DNA of 64,000 bases from Dimorphilus gyrociliatus. Its lineage: Eukaryota; Animalia; Annelida. Below the pieces are notes generated by a model, which made no database searches, was not told the DNA's origin, and saw only the letters and a program-made list of their open reading frames with translations. Numbering within the stretch: position 1 is the first letter of the stretch; each line of letters starts with the position of its first letter. The stretch lies in assembly GCA_904063045.1 (NCBI GenBank), contig CAJFCJ010000011.1, forward strand, positions 1 through 64,000, written 5' to 3'. Shown one piece after another: positions 44,205 to 58,704 of the stretch. A program made the translations under genes and the position numbers.

Positions 44205-44634
44205 AACAATAAGAATCATAATAAAAAAAATAGGACTCGTCTTTCTATCTTATTTAATTGTTTTTAAAAGATTTTATCCCAATGAACAAATTTATGTTAA
44301 TTATACGATAAAAAACAACAAAAAGTGCAACTATTTGTCTTATCTTTTCTCGATTATTTCGTAAAAATAAATTTTTTAAAAAAGTTCATCTTACACACTA
44401 GATAGCGCTATTTGTTTGTGTATATACCTTATTATTAGAGAGAAGTTTGCACTATCTTTCTACATAGTAATCTCCTTCTATAAAAGAGTGTTACTTTTTT
44501 AATCTAAGAAGTCTAAGAATAAGTTCTCTTATACATCAAATAGTTTAAATTTTGTTGTCTATTTACCAAGATCAACATTCTAAGAACCTATTTTCGAAAT
44601 TGTACTTTATTATCAACGAGTTCGTTAATTACGT

Positions 44635-46679
44635 ATGGATAACTCATTCGAAAATTTCTTTTCAAGTCACATAAATCCTTATTACTTTAATACTCATGAA
44701 ATCGAAAGAAGGGAAATATTAGTTGAAAAATTGAATAACTATCTAAAATCATTTATGGAATCAAAAGTTAGCTTAGAAACAGATATTTTATATAAAGGGA
44801 GGAAATAATCGATTAAAATCTATATTTATAGGGTTACGGAATTGAAGATTTATTTCCAGTAAGATTGGAATGCTTTGGATCATTTGCCCTTAAAATATGT
44901 ACAAAAGGTTATATATTTTTAGAATGACTAGAAACTGAAAATAACCTTTAATGTTTGTTAATAGATACTGATGTTGATCTGGCAGCTATAGTACCACAAG
45001 GTCTCGACAAACTAAATGATGATAATTTTTTTGATGAATTTGCTGATTATCTTAAAATACACGAAACTCTATTATTAGATGATTTTCGGGTTTGTTTAAT
45101 GTTACATTTATATATAAAGAATGTGTAGAAAAAATAGAGCAAATATTTTTCAGGTCGTTAAGAAGGCAAGAGTTCCAATCATCAAACTGTGGATAGAGGG
45201 AATAGAAGTAACTATAAATAGTTTATAATAACAACTCATTTGCCAATTTTAGAATCATTTTACAAAGAAAATTAACATTTTATAGATTGACATTACTCTT
45301 GTTCGACCGTCCAATGACGTTCTTTATAAAGACTTGGGCTCTCGTAAGTATATTACTGGAATGAATGAAACTTCGATTAAAAGTATTTCCGGTAGGCTAT
45401 TGTCATATGCCTCTGCATTTTTTTAACTACACAGTTTAATTAATTCTTGCAAAGGTCTTCGAGATTTAAATTGTATAATGAAATTCTTGGAAGCTAACGA
45501 TATTAATAAGAAAATGTTTATAAACTTTAACGCTACCATTAAATTTTGGGCTATAAGTTTATTATATTTTCTTTATTTAGGCCTAAAATTACTAATATAG
45601 AATTTGTTTTTTTTTTGTTTTAGAAAAGGGCGTTTATAGTACAGTTCTAGGATTTTTCTCTGGGGCGTCACTAATCCTAATGGTTCTCTTTGTACTTAAA
45701 GAGAATAACACTGTTACCGATTTGAAAACTTATATACAATTATTCTTTTCCACCTTTGCGAAATGGTTATATTTAAATGAGAATTTTAAATAGTTATGAT
45801 CATTATTCTATCTTCTTAAAGGAATTGGAAGATTCCACTAACTTTGGAGAATCCTTATAATGATCCGCCTGATTTTATAAAAAATTTTTCTGAAATGATT
45901 ATTCATACTTTGTCTAGTCCGAGGAAGAATTCAATTAATTCTAGCAAATCATCTTCGGCCGCAATTAGGAAAGTTTTGTCAGAAAGTCATCAAACTTCCG
46001 AGATCGATGAAGGATTATTCGAAAAGAAAAATTGGATTGATGAATACAAGTTATAAGAACAATTTTTCTGTCATTTTCAATTCATTTATCTTCATTTTCA
46101 GTCATTTTATAACCATAACTGCAATCTTTGAGACGAAACATCCGGATGACAAAACCACCAAGCATTTAGATGATTGGTAAAGTATAGGATCTTGTCGTTT
46201 GTTTTAATCTTAACTACTTTTATTAATAGGGCAGGATTTATTAGGTCAAGAATATTAAGATTTTCAATTGAACTTGAAAATATGAAATATGATGATAAAG
46301 AGATTTTTAGCATTGTTCAGCCAATACTTAACAACGATAGGGAGATGTTTATTACGTATGTTTTTATTAAGACCAGCCTATAAAATTTAGTTGTTGATTT
46401 TTGTAGGTCTGACAGCCGTGTTTGGCTATTAGGTCTGGAATTTACTTGTAATTTTCAAATGAATCATTTGAATTTATCCCAGCCTACAAGAGCCTTTACT
46501 TGCGAATGTAAGCGATTCTTATTTTTTTTATGCTAAATTTAATTAAACCTATAATTTATACTTTTTTAATTGTAGTAAAACAATTAGCTACTGAAAGAGA
46601 AATATATAAATCTGGAATGAAAGTTAAAGTAGGATACTCGAATCGAAATAAATTGAACAGCCTAGGAATCTTTGAATAA
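44635..46679 (+). CDS. Divergent canonical-type poly(A) polymerase (PAPOLA/Pap1 family), 12 exons, 456 aa
   Basis: Exons 44635-44766, 44832-44907, 44965-45089, 45154-45207, 45286-45391, 45455-45556, 45624-45765, 45822-46049, 46102-46176, 46230-46355, 46407-46507, 46576-46679 (1371 nt, all GT-AG, open frame). Motifs: FGSFALKICTKDTDVDL, ARVPIIKLWIEGIEIDI, TIKFWAIKKGVYSTVLGFFSG, KWNWKIP, WAGFIRSRI, VWLLGLEF. Confidence 0.9.
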
Positions 46680-46752
46680 CAACAAAAATTTAAATAGAAT
46701 GTTTTTCTATTTTACACAAACATTTCTATCATCAATTAGAGAATGAATATTG

Positions 46753-47061
46753 TTAAATTTTAGCTGGGAAAGAACCGTTATCTCTTTGTTCATCCCACTT
46801 GGCTGTCCATTCATTAGGGCAGAGTGATTGATAAACTCTCTTGAAATATTCACATGGTTCATAGTCTTCGCCCTTGATTTTGTGACAACGATGGTAGTCC
46901 ACGTAATTTTGCCAGCAATTCCTTGTTAGAAAAATAGTTCATTTGAATAAAAGAGAAACTTTTTTACAATAATTTTCATATCCTTACTTAGTTTGGTTCT
47001 GGTTGGGGAATCGGGCGTCAAATGGAGCTGTCTTTATTTCAATAGCCTCGGAGTCCGACAT
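46753..47061 (-). CDS. COX6B1: Cytochrome c oxidase subunit 6B
   Basis: [80 protein letters not shown]; one CDS intron; probable 5'UTR intron up to about 47438. Confidence 0.97.
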
Positions 47062-48728
47062 CTGATAATATATAAGTATATAGTATGGTTGTCAAGTAAT
47101 TAATTTTCTACCAATGTGCATTTGTAGGTCGTTGGCTTTGCCCATCAAAAATGCCGATAAAACAATGTCAAAACATTTACTCGTAGCCCTTAGATACTAG
47201 TTTACATTTTGGATTTCCTAAAATAATTGCTTATATCAAGAGCCCAAAATGAAAATTGTAATTTTTGAAGCAACAACCTTTTGTCAGAAACAAAAATGCT
47301 TTAAAGGTATTATCGCTCACGGTCAATGATATTCCTATTAGTTCTCTTTAAAATCACCCTATCTCTTTAAACATTATACCTCTCATAAAAGATAAGGCAA
47401 TTATTGATTAGATTAATGAAACCCAACGGGAAACTTACCCTTAAAAATAGATAAATTTCGTTCTAATTTTTCTCCGCAAAACCAAGTATGAAGGTGAACG
47501 ATAGGTGGCGCTCTACACTTCGTAGTTAAAAGATAAAACGCAGAGCAAAAAAAAAAATAGTACGAAAACTCTTTCGAATTTTCTAAATTTTCAAAAGAAG
47601 TTCGATATTTACAGCTTAGTTTGATTTAGAAAGTTAATTAAAAGTATTAAAATAATATACTATTGGTTTTATATATGCGATGAATAAATGTTTATATTAA
47701 TTCTTGTCTATTATATACAAAACCAGGGTGTTCCTTAGCTTGAAAAATGCTCATTTAATCTTAACAATATACAACAGAATCATATTAAAGTATCATTCAT
47801 CTTATAATTTTCCGCTATTCCCCTCTCTCTATCTTCTCTCTGTCTTCTTTCTTCCTCCTATTTTTTTTCGCTTAGAAATTCATATAGAGAGATGTATTTA
47901 TCCCTCTTTCCCGTTATGCTCTTATCATATTCGCAACTAGACTATATTATATAACGTAATTTACGTATTATTTAATTTAATTAACATATTTTTGCTTTTT
48001 TTCCGATAATTTTAACTATTATAGTATCTTACTTTCTATTTTAGACGCTTTCGACGTTTACAAGAACCTATTAATAACCTGATAAGACACACGGTATATA
48101 TCGCAGTAAATTTACGTCGTAGTTTGGACAAAGTTAAACTTTTGTCTTCAAACTATGTTAAAGGCTATGATGACAAACTGTCAAGCTAATATTTGTCTAA
48201 AATTTTATGATATTACTCAGATGAATAACTTCAATCCGTGATTTATAGTCTTAGAATTTCGCAATGTTTATGGAAATTTCCATTTTAAATATTATTATTT
48301 CTATTTGATCTCTTACTAATTAAAACTTAAAATAATGATAAAAAGTTTATGGTAAACGATAAATTGACAAAAGAGGAAACAATTCTATCTATAACAAATT
48401 CACCCGTTAGTCTGCATTTAATTAATTCTTAATTTACCACATAAGTTGAAGATTGACATTGTACATATTGCAAGAAGCTGATAAGCCTATACACTTTTTT
48501 ATTATGATTATTATACATTTCAAACCATTTAAGGAAATTAAAGATGTTGCTATATAAAAACGGATATTGAATTTTGTCTTGTGAACATTACAGAATAAGA
48601 TAAATGCATCTAAATACCTTTAACAAGATATATTTTAATTAAGTTAATCATTTATGGGAAGATTGATCAGCTCCCTCTAGTCTAGTTCGAGACTTCAAAC
48701 TTTTCCGACTTTGGAGAAAGAGTGAAAC

Positions 48729-51700
48729 ATGGAAATGAACGGCTTAATACTCATCTTGTTTATCTATACAGCATTATCATTAACTACTAGCAGATTTATT
48801 AAAGAAGCTGGTAAGAGATCATTTATATTACAATTAAAACAAATTACGTAGTTTTATATGTAAGAAAACCTTTATAAATTAGTTACTATTTTACATTGTT
48901 TTATTACTTCCGCCCTTCTATTCGTGTATTTTTTTATACATATATATATATATAATAATAATTATGTCGATATAAAAAAATTACAATTATTCATTAAATG
49001 CGCGTGTATTCACTTATAACGATTTTATCGAGCTAATGACGTACTTTCTCCGATAATCCGTATGTTAAGAAAGGCAATACAGTGTTAAGTAAAAGGTTAT
49101 TTTTATTTCATCATTTCTCTCAATATCTCTTATGTATTATGTTTAATAATATGAAAAAAATTAGCTATCTCTTTGTTCTTTAATTATAAAATCGAATTGA
49201 CTTATACGACTTAATAGCTCTCTCTATTTTTAACTCTTCGCTTCGTCAAGAACTTCTATTTCATTTCCGTTAAATTGTTATTCTTCCGCGAAGAATCGAC
49301 TTATTTTTCTTCTTTTGGTGGCAATCTTTCCCTTTTTAGATTATGTTGTTTTTTTTTTTTACTTCGATTTCTTAATAAAAAACCGATATGGTTCTTCGAG
49401 AGATGGCACCACTTTGGAAAGAGCGTTTCGAGTCAGGCAGAAGTTATTTAACTAGAAAGCGCCTGCATTGAAAAGAGGCTTATTTTTAGCGCTTAGCACA
49501 GACTAGTATAGCTATACAGTAAAGAATAAAATGGCTCAAAAAAAGAGCGCTTCGTTTATGGAAAAACTGCAAAAATTCACAAGACCAAGTCAAAGTTCCA
49601 AGAAAAAGCAACCTCAAACAGCACCTCCTAAGAGTAAAGAACCCGTTAAGGTCATTAATAGAATTCTTCAAACGCCTGTCAGGAAGAAAGAAGAAGAAAG
49701 ACCGAAGTTTGGTGTTGAAACGCCCAAAGTTCGGCCAAATGAGAAAACTAACATTTTTACGATGCCTGCTTCTGCTGCCAATACTCGTCATCCTCCCCCT
49801 CCTCCCCCTCTGCACCCACCACCATCATTTCAAAGGTTAGAAACTCCAAAACAACACGAGATAGATGAGGATGAGTTTAGATTGAAAGCTTTAATTGCCG
49901 AAAGTATTTTACACGGAAAGCATGATGGTCTCTCAGAAGAACAAATAAAGGAGTACCAAGGTAAAGAAAAATATTCCGTAGTCCTATATAGAATAGCAGG
50001 TATTACCTACACACTTATGAACAGAAGCGTTTGCTGTATTCGATAAGGACCAAGATGGGATAATAACGAAAGAAGAATTAGGTCACGTACTGTTTGCAAT
50101 AGGTCAGAGACCAACTATGAAGCAAATAGAACACGTACTGCAAAGGGTTAGTGGAGGTGCACCCGGTGTAACTTTTGATCAATTTGTAGCCCTAATGAAC
50201 CAAGGCTCAGATGATTATGATGGAGAGCTAAGGCAAGTTTTTAGTGTTTTCGATTTAAATTCGGATGGAGTATTAAGCACAGACGAGGTTTATCACGTAA
50301 TGGCCCAATTAAGTGATAAAATTAAATATGAAGAAGTTAAAGAAATGGTTCAAGAAGCTGACAGTAACGGTGATGGATATGTCGATTTTAGCGAATTCAA
50401 AACCATACTTCAAGCTAAATAAAAACATTTTTTTCCACACTAGTCGAATTATATAGCCACAGTAAGAAAAAAATAAGAATAATAAACAATAAATGAGAGA
50501 ATACTCTAGTTTAAAATAAGAAAAAAACCTTCCTTCCGGTTCCTGTTTTTAGAACTGGGGAAAAAAAAACGTTGTAATAAAAACAAAACGACAATTTCCT
50601 TTTTTGGAGATAATTGTAATATATTTATTGTTAAATATAATAACGTTCTAAAGGAATATCATGATCATTTATTAACTTATTCTCAAGATGTTAAATTTTC
50701 ATTCTTTTATCATTCCTAATCAAGTTCAATCCTTATTCAACTAATCTTTGATATCCCCGTAATATCTCCAACTATAAAATAGGTATTCAGCTATTTTAGC
50801 TATAGTAATAAATAATTTGTATATAAAAGTGGAATTTAACCAAAACAAAATTAGTCCTATATACTTAACGTTCTTGCTCGACTTGTTATACTTTAGGCCT
50901 AATATGAGTCATATTTAGGTAGCACATAGCAAACTTTTTGAAGCATTTTTGGGTTTTCAAAGTCACATGACGACCCTTATGTTATAGTTAGCCGTACGAC
51001 ACTATATAAAGCCGGTAAAACTACAAACTGCTTATTAAGAGACACTAGAGTATCTTTGCAAAAAATTACCACTTTGGCATCCGAAAAAATAAGTAAATAA
51101 CTAACAAAACATGGACCGCAAAGATGGTAGTAATCATAAGGAGACAAGTGAAATCTGGAAACAAAATGAAAAACAGACTGATCAGGAGAAATCGACTGCA
51201 TTCGGTAATATGCTTGAGAGAAGCCTAAATGCAACTTATTTATCAATGGGTCTTACTCTCGGTGGTGAATTAGGCCTATTTGATAGAATTTTAGAGCAAG
51301 ATAGTTTAACTTGCCAAGAACTTGCAGAGAAGAGTCAAACTAAGCAGTGTTTTGTAAATGAGTGGCTAGGTTTGATGGTATCATCGGGAATTATTGACTG
51401 TATTCCAGATTCTGACCCAGAGAGATATTTCATTGCCGATTATAAGAAATCATCACTTCAAGGACAGTATAGCTGGTTGGCCTGGGCAAAAGAATTGTCA
51501 GGTTACTTTAAGACATATGACACTGTTTCCCAGTGTTTCAAATTGAGCGGACCTAGAGGAGTTGATAGAAATCAATTGGATGCATTCTATGATTTTTACG
51601 AAAATATGGACAAGGAATCGGCCGACAAATGGTCGGAAATGAAATCAACTTTTGCCCAAATTCCAGGTAATAGTCCGAAAATGACTTAATTAACATTTTA

Positions 51701-53561
51701 ATTAATAAATAACCGATATTTGTTTATTTACCTGCTTTTTTTCTTTAGGTCTAATTCAAAATTTTGAAAACGGTATTGAAGCTTTGGACGTTGGTTGTGG
51801 CGGAGGCAATATTTTTATATCTTTGGCTTTACAATTCCCAAAATCTACTTTTTACGGAGTTGAAATATCTGAAAAAGCTCTTCAAGTAGCTAGAAAGAAT
51901 GCAGAGAATTGCGGTGTAAAAAATATTAAATTTATAGTTGCCGACGCCACTAATTTACCAAAGGAATGGACAGGAAAATTTAAATATGTTCACACATCTC
52001 ACGTTCATCACGATTCGTCTAGACCGAGAAAAGTGACATCAGAAATCTTTCGGGTATTAGCTAGTAAAGGGTCTTTGAGTATATTTGAAAATGGTACAAA
52101 TGGTAGACACGGAGATAAATCTTCTGATCCCAATTACCTTATGGGTTACTTTATATCAACTTTCGCTTGCGTACCAAATGCAACATACGATGAAAAAGCT
52201 GAGGAACCTCTAGGTGTTTACGTTTCGAAGAGAACTATCATAAAAATGATGGAAGATTGCGGCTTTTCAGCAAGTGTCGTCGGAGGAGAGGATAAGTCAA
52301 TTGAATCTCCAGTACATAATCACGGATCAACTATTTTACACTATCATGGATTGAAGAATTAATAGTTTTTGTCCTATTGAAGAGCTATAATTGTCTTTCT
52401 TAACATATATTTGTTTGTCACATACTTAGGGTTAATAATACAGCATTCCAAAACATTTCTTAGGTGTACTCCAAAACTTTAAGTCAAAAACATTAACTTT
52501 ACCTTCTTATAATATTGCTATTTCTCTTAGTGAAAAGTTCGCTACACATGAATATTCCATGCCACTTGTTTGGAAGAAAGAATCAAACAATAGTATGGAA
52601 GGAGTTTGAGAATAATGAATATACAGATATTGTCAATATGGAAAGGTTGGAATTCCTTTCGAATAATAAAACATTAAGGATATATGACGTTAATCTAATG
52701 GACCATAATCGGTGTTTCTTCTGTTCGTACAAAGATTCGCCATCTGCTCATGAATGTTCTAAATGCATCTACGTTGGTCTTTTTGGTCCTATGACTTGGA
52801 TAAGAAAATACAAGGAAACTTTATTGGTGAAAGATATAGGATCCAATTTCAGATTAAAGTGTCCCACGATCGATATTAAAGATAAGCGCAAAGTTTGTGT
52901 ATCGTGGTATTTTAATGACAAACTATTAAAGGCAAATCGAAAGGGTATCGTCAAACAATTTAAAGGTAGAGTAAGAATTAGGCGAAATGGTTTATTCTTT
53001 AAAAGAATCTCAGAGGAAATAAATGGTCAATTTAAATGTAAAGCTGTGGATAAAATTGAAAGAGTAAGATCCGTTAATGTATTTAATATAATAGTTCCAG
53101 AGAGACTTGATAAGAAACCATTTTTTGATTATGTTAGTAATAATGTAACAGTTTCTGTTGGTGAAACTGTTAATTTGGAAATCAGTGTCGAATCAACATT
53201 ACATCCACTAATATTATGGTTTCACAATCCCAAATCGAATAAATATTCAATCGAAAACGCTTTCAAAATGAACAACATGGAAGAGAGACATCCTCAACAA
53301 CATATCATTGAGAATGTTACTCAAAAAGATGCCGGTGTTTATGTTATTACTGCTTCAAATTATTTTGGTACATCAGTGGCAAAAATATTTGTTGACGTCA
53401 TTGATGTTGGAAAAAACGTTGGTCAATACAGTGCTCGAAAAAGTGAAGGTTGCCAAATCAAGTCAATCTCAATATTGCTGTTAAGTCTCCTATCGACTAT
53501 TTCTATTAACTTGAATATTCGTCCATATATAATAACAATTGCCGAAAAAGTTGTTCAATAA
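48729..53561 (+). CDS. FGFRL1/nou-darake-like three-Ig membrane protein (signal-peptide exon 48729-48810 plus exon 52531-53561)
   Basis: Exon 1 MEMNGLILILFIYTALSLTTSRFIKEA with phase-1 donor g|gtaaga; exon 2 acceptor tttctcttag| is phase 1. Three Ig domains, the third resembling FGFRL1 D3 (ERLDKKPFF...NVTVSVGETVNL...PLILW...DAGVYVITASNYFG), then a hydrophobic C-terminal stretch and no kinase domain. The Ig exon is well supported; the exon linkage is inferred. Confidence 0.7.
49531..50422 (+). CDS. Calmodulin-like EF-hand protein with a long basic/Pro-rich N-terminal extension
   Basis: Exons 49531-49960 and 50025-50422; [55 protein letters not shown]; EF-hand 2 is degenerate. Confidence 0.9.
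51111..52362 (+). CDS. SAM-dependent methyltransferase, Rv2258c-like (wHTH plus class I MTase)
   Basis: Exons 51111-51666 and 51749-52362; LSMGLTLGGELGLFD...ELAEKS...VNEWLGLMVSSGII, LDVGCGGG, FYGVEIS, FIVADA, HVHHD. Confidence 0.88.
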
Positions 53562-53849
53562 TACATTTACATTGAATTTAAATATTTTATAAAAACTTAA
53601 ATATTCAAGAAAATAATCTAAAAATAGGCAAAAATTGTTTTTTCAAAGAAAAAACAAATAATTTTGTTTCTTTTTTCGAGTTAGACGTTGGTTACATAAC
53701 ATATTTTTTCTTTTTCATTTTAATATTTATAGTACATTTTTCTAGATAATTTTTTATGGTTATAAATATATAAATAGTAAATTGTAGTATTCGCACGGAT
53801 TTTGAAGGAGGAAAATTTGGGAAAAACATAAACACCCTTTCAGTTTTAA

Positions 53850-56681
<2,832 letters not shown>

Positions 56682-58518
56682 ATGGCTCCAACTGTTCAAT
56701 CGGCTCAGAGGGATGATCCTCGGAGGCGTACAGGAGAGAAAAGGTAAGCTGCACTCTGTGCATTTATTAAGTGTGAGCGATATTGGAGAAAAATATAGAT
56801 ATATCATTTTTTTGACAACGTTTTTCACTCTTTTTTATCAATTTATTGAACACTATATGTTCATTTTTCAGATCGGATCTTGTTTGTCGTATCAAATACA
56901 ATAATAAAGCACCCGATATACCTTTTGATCCAAAATTCTTGGTATATCCGATTGATAGGAATCACTTTGTCCATTACAAACCAACTTCTTTGGAGAGGAC
57001 GCACAAAAGCGAACTCTTGACAGAACCAGATCTTGGAATGAACATAGATTTGATAAATCCGGATGCCTACAATCCACCACTGACAGGTTAGGTGCTCTTC
57101 TTTGTTTAATTATCACTGTCAATTTATCATTCATAGGAGGTATCTTGGATCCTGAGGATGAACAGCTTTTGGAGGAAGAATTAATAACCGCTCAAGACGC
57201 AAAACGTTCCCAAAGACATAATAGAAATGTATCTTGGCTTAGGAAAACGGAATATATTTCTACAGAATATAACAGGTTTGTTCAAAAGAGTGGGCATGAA
57301 GCTAGAGTAGGACATAATGTCAAGCAATATCTGGCTGAAGAAAACTTATACAAGGATAAAGAGGAACAAATTAAGGCAATTGAAAAAACTTTCAATGCTG
57401 CTCAGGCTCCAGTTAGTTTCCTTTATACTTTTCTTATGAAGAAAAGAAATAACTGGTTAAAAAACATTTTTAGATTACCGAACACTATAGTAAGAAGGGT
57501 GTCCATCCAGTTAGCATTCTGCCGGTCTATCCAGATTTCGATGTAAGATACGCAACAAATTTCAAAAAATATTTTTTAAATTTACATATTTAATTATTAT
57601 ATAGATGTGGAAATATCCATGCGCCCAAGTTATATTTGACACTGATCCTGCTATTAAACAAGCGGGAACCAGTAATCAACTTGAAAGTGATGAAATGTCG
57701 AACGCTATGATTAGGTTTGTTATTAAATACAACTAAGGAGAAATTTGATTAAAGTTGATTAATTAAAAAACAGAGGTATGGTAGATGCTGAAACAGGAGA
57801 ACATTTTGTTGCCTACTTTTTACCTACGGAAGAAACTTGTCGAAAGAGAAAGATAGACAATGAAAATGGTGTTGATTATGATCCAGAAGAAGAGTAAGAT
57901 TATCACCATGATGGTTTACAAAAAAGCTAATAATTGATTATTGTTTCGTAGATATGATTATGGACTGATAAGGGAGTATAATTGGACTGTAAAGAATAAG
58001 ATGACTAAAGGATACGAAGAAACGTACTTTTTCGTTATGAGAGAAGATGGAGTATATTATAACGAATTAGAAACTAGGTAATTTACGAAAAAGTGTTACT
58101 ATTGTTTTTAATTCAAGAGTTTTTCTCTAGAGTACGCTTGAGTAAGAGACGTAAGATTGGACCAAGTGCACAACAGACGTGCAAGTCAAGATTAATTGTC
58201 AAACACCGTCCACCAAATGACAACGAAATCGAGGCTCAGGATAATCGTCTTCAAATGCTTGAGCCGCCTGTTGAAGAAGAAGAAGAAGCAGAAGAACCAA
58301 ACGATGAAGATGCAGAACCGGAGGAAGAAGAAGAAAGAGAAATTGAAGGTGATAACGATGCCGAAAATGACCGCATTTCTCAAAGATCTCCCAATTCTCC
58401 ACAATCTGAAAGTTCGGAGAAATCAGGTCCAAAATCCCCTGCTTCTTCTTCCCAGTCAGGAAGTGGAAGCGAAAGTGGAAGCGAAAGCGATAGTAGCAGT
58501 AGCGAGGACAATGATTAA
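56682..58518 (+). CDS. PAF1: RNA polymerase II-associated factor 1
   Basis: MAPTVQ...[22 protein letters not shown]...PTSLER...[54 protein letters not shown]; acidic Ser-rich tail. Confidence 0.97.
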
Positions 58519-58704
58519 GCCTTACCTTATAAAATTAACGATGTACATATTTATAGCTTTTTTTTTTTTTAAATTTTATGTTACTTGTTTGCATTTGACG
58601 AATATTATATACATATATATGTATATATAGTTTTACAATTAAGACTCTAAGAGCATTTGAAAGTTTTTTTTCTAACTATGGTATTGCGATTAGAAGTTTT
58701 ATCT

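Noticed and set aside
47062-47438. Possible intronic H/ACA snoRNA in the COX6B 5'UTR intron (ACA near 47125)
   Set aside because: No convincing H box or two-hairpin structure by eye; an Infernal/snoReport search would be needed.
52381-52460. Hydrophobic frame AIIVFLNIYLFVTYLG just upstream of the Ig exon as its signal peptide
   Set aside because: In-frame TGA upstream, no ATG, and the donor phase does not match the Ig acceptor; AT-rich DNA yields I/F/L/Y runs by chance.
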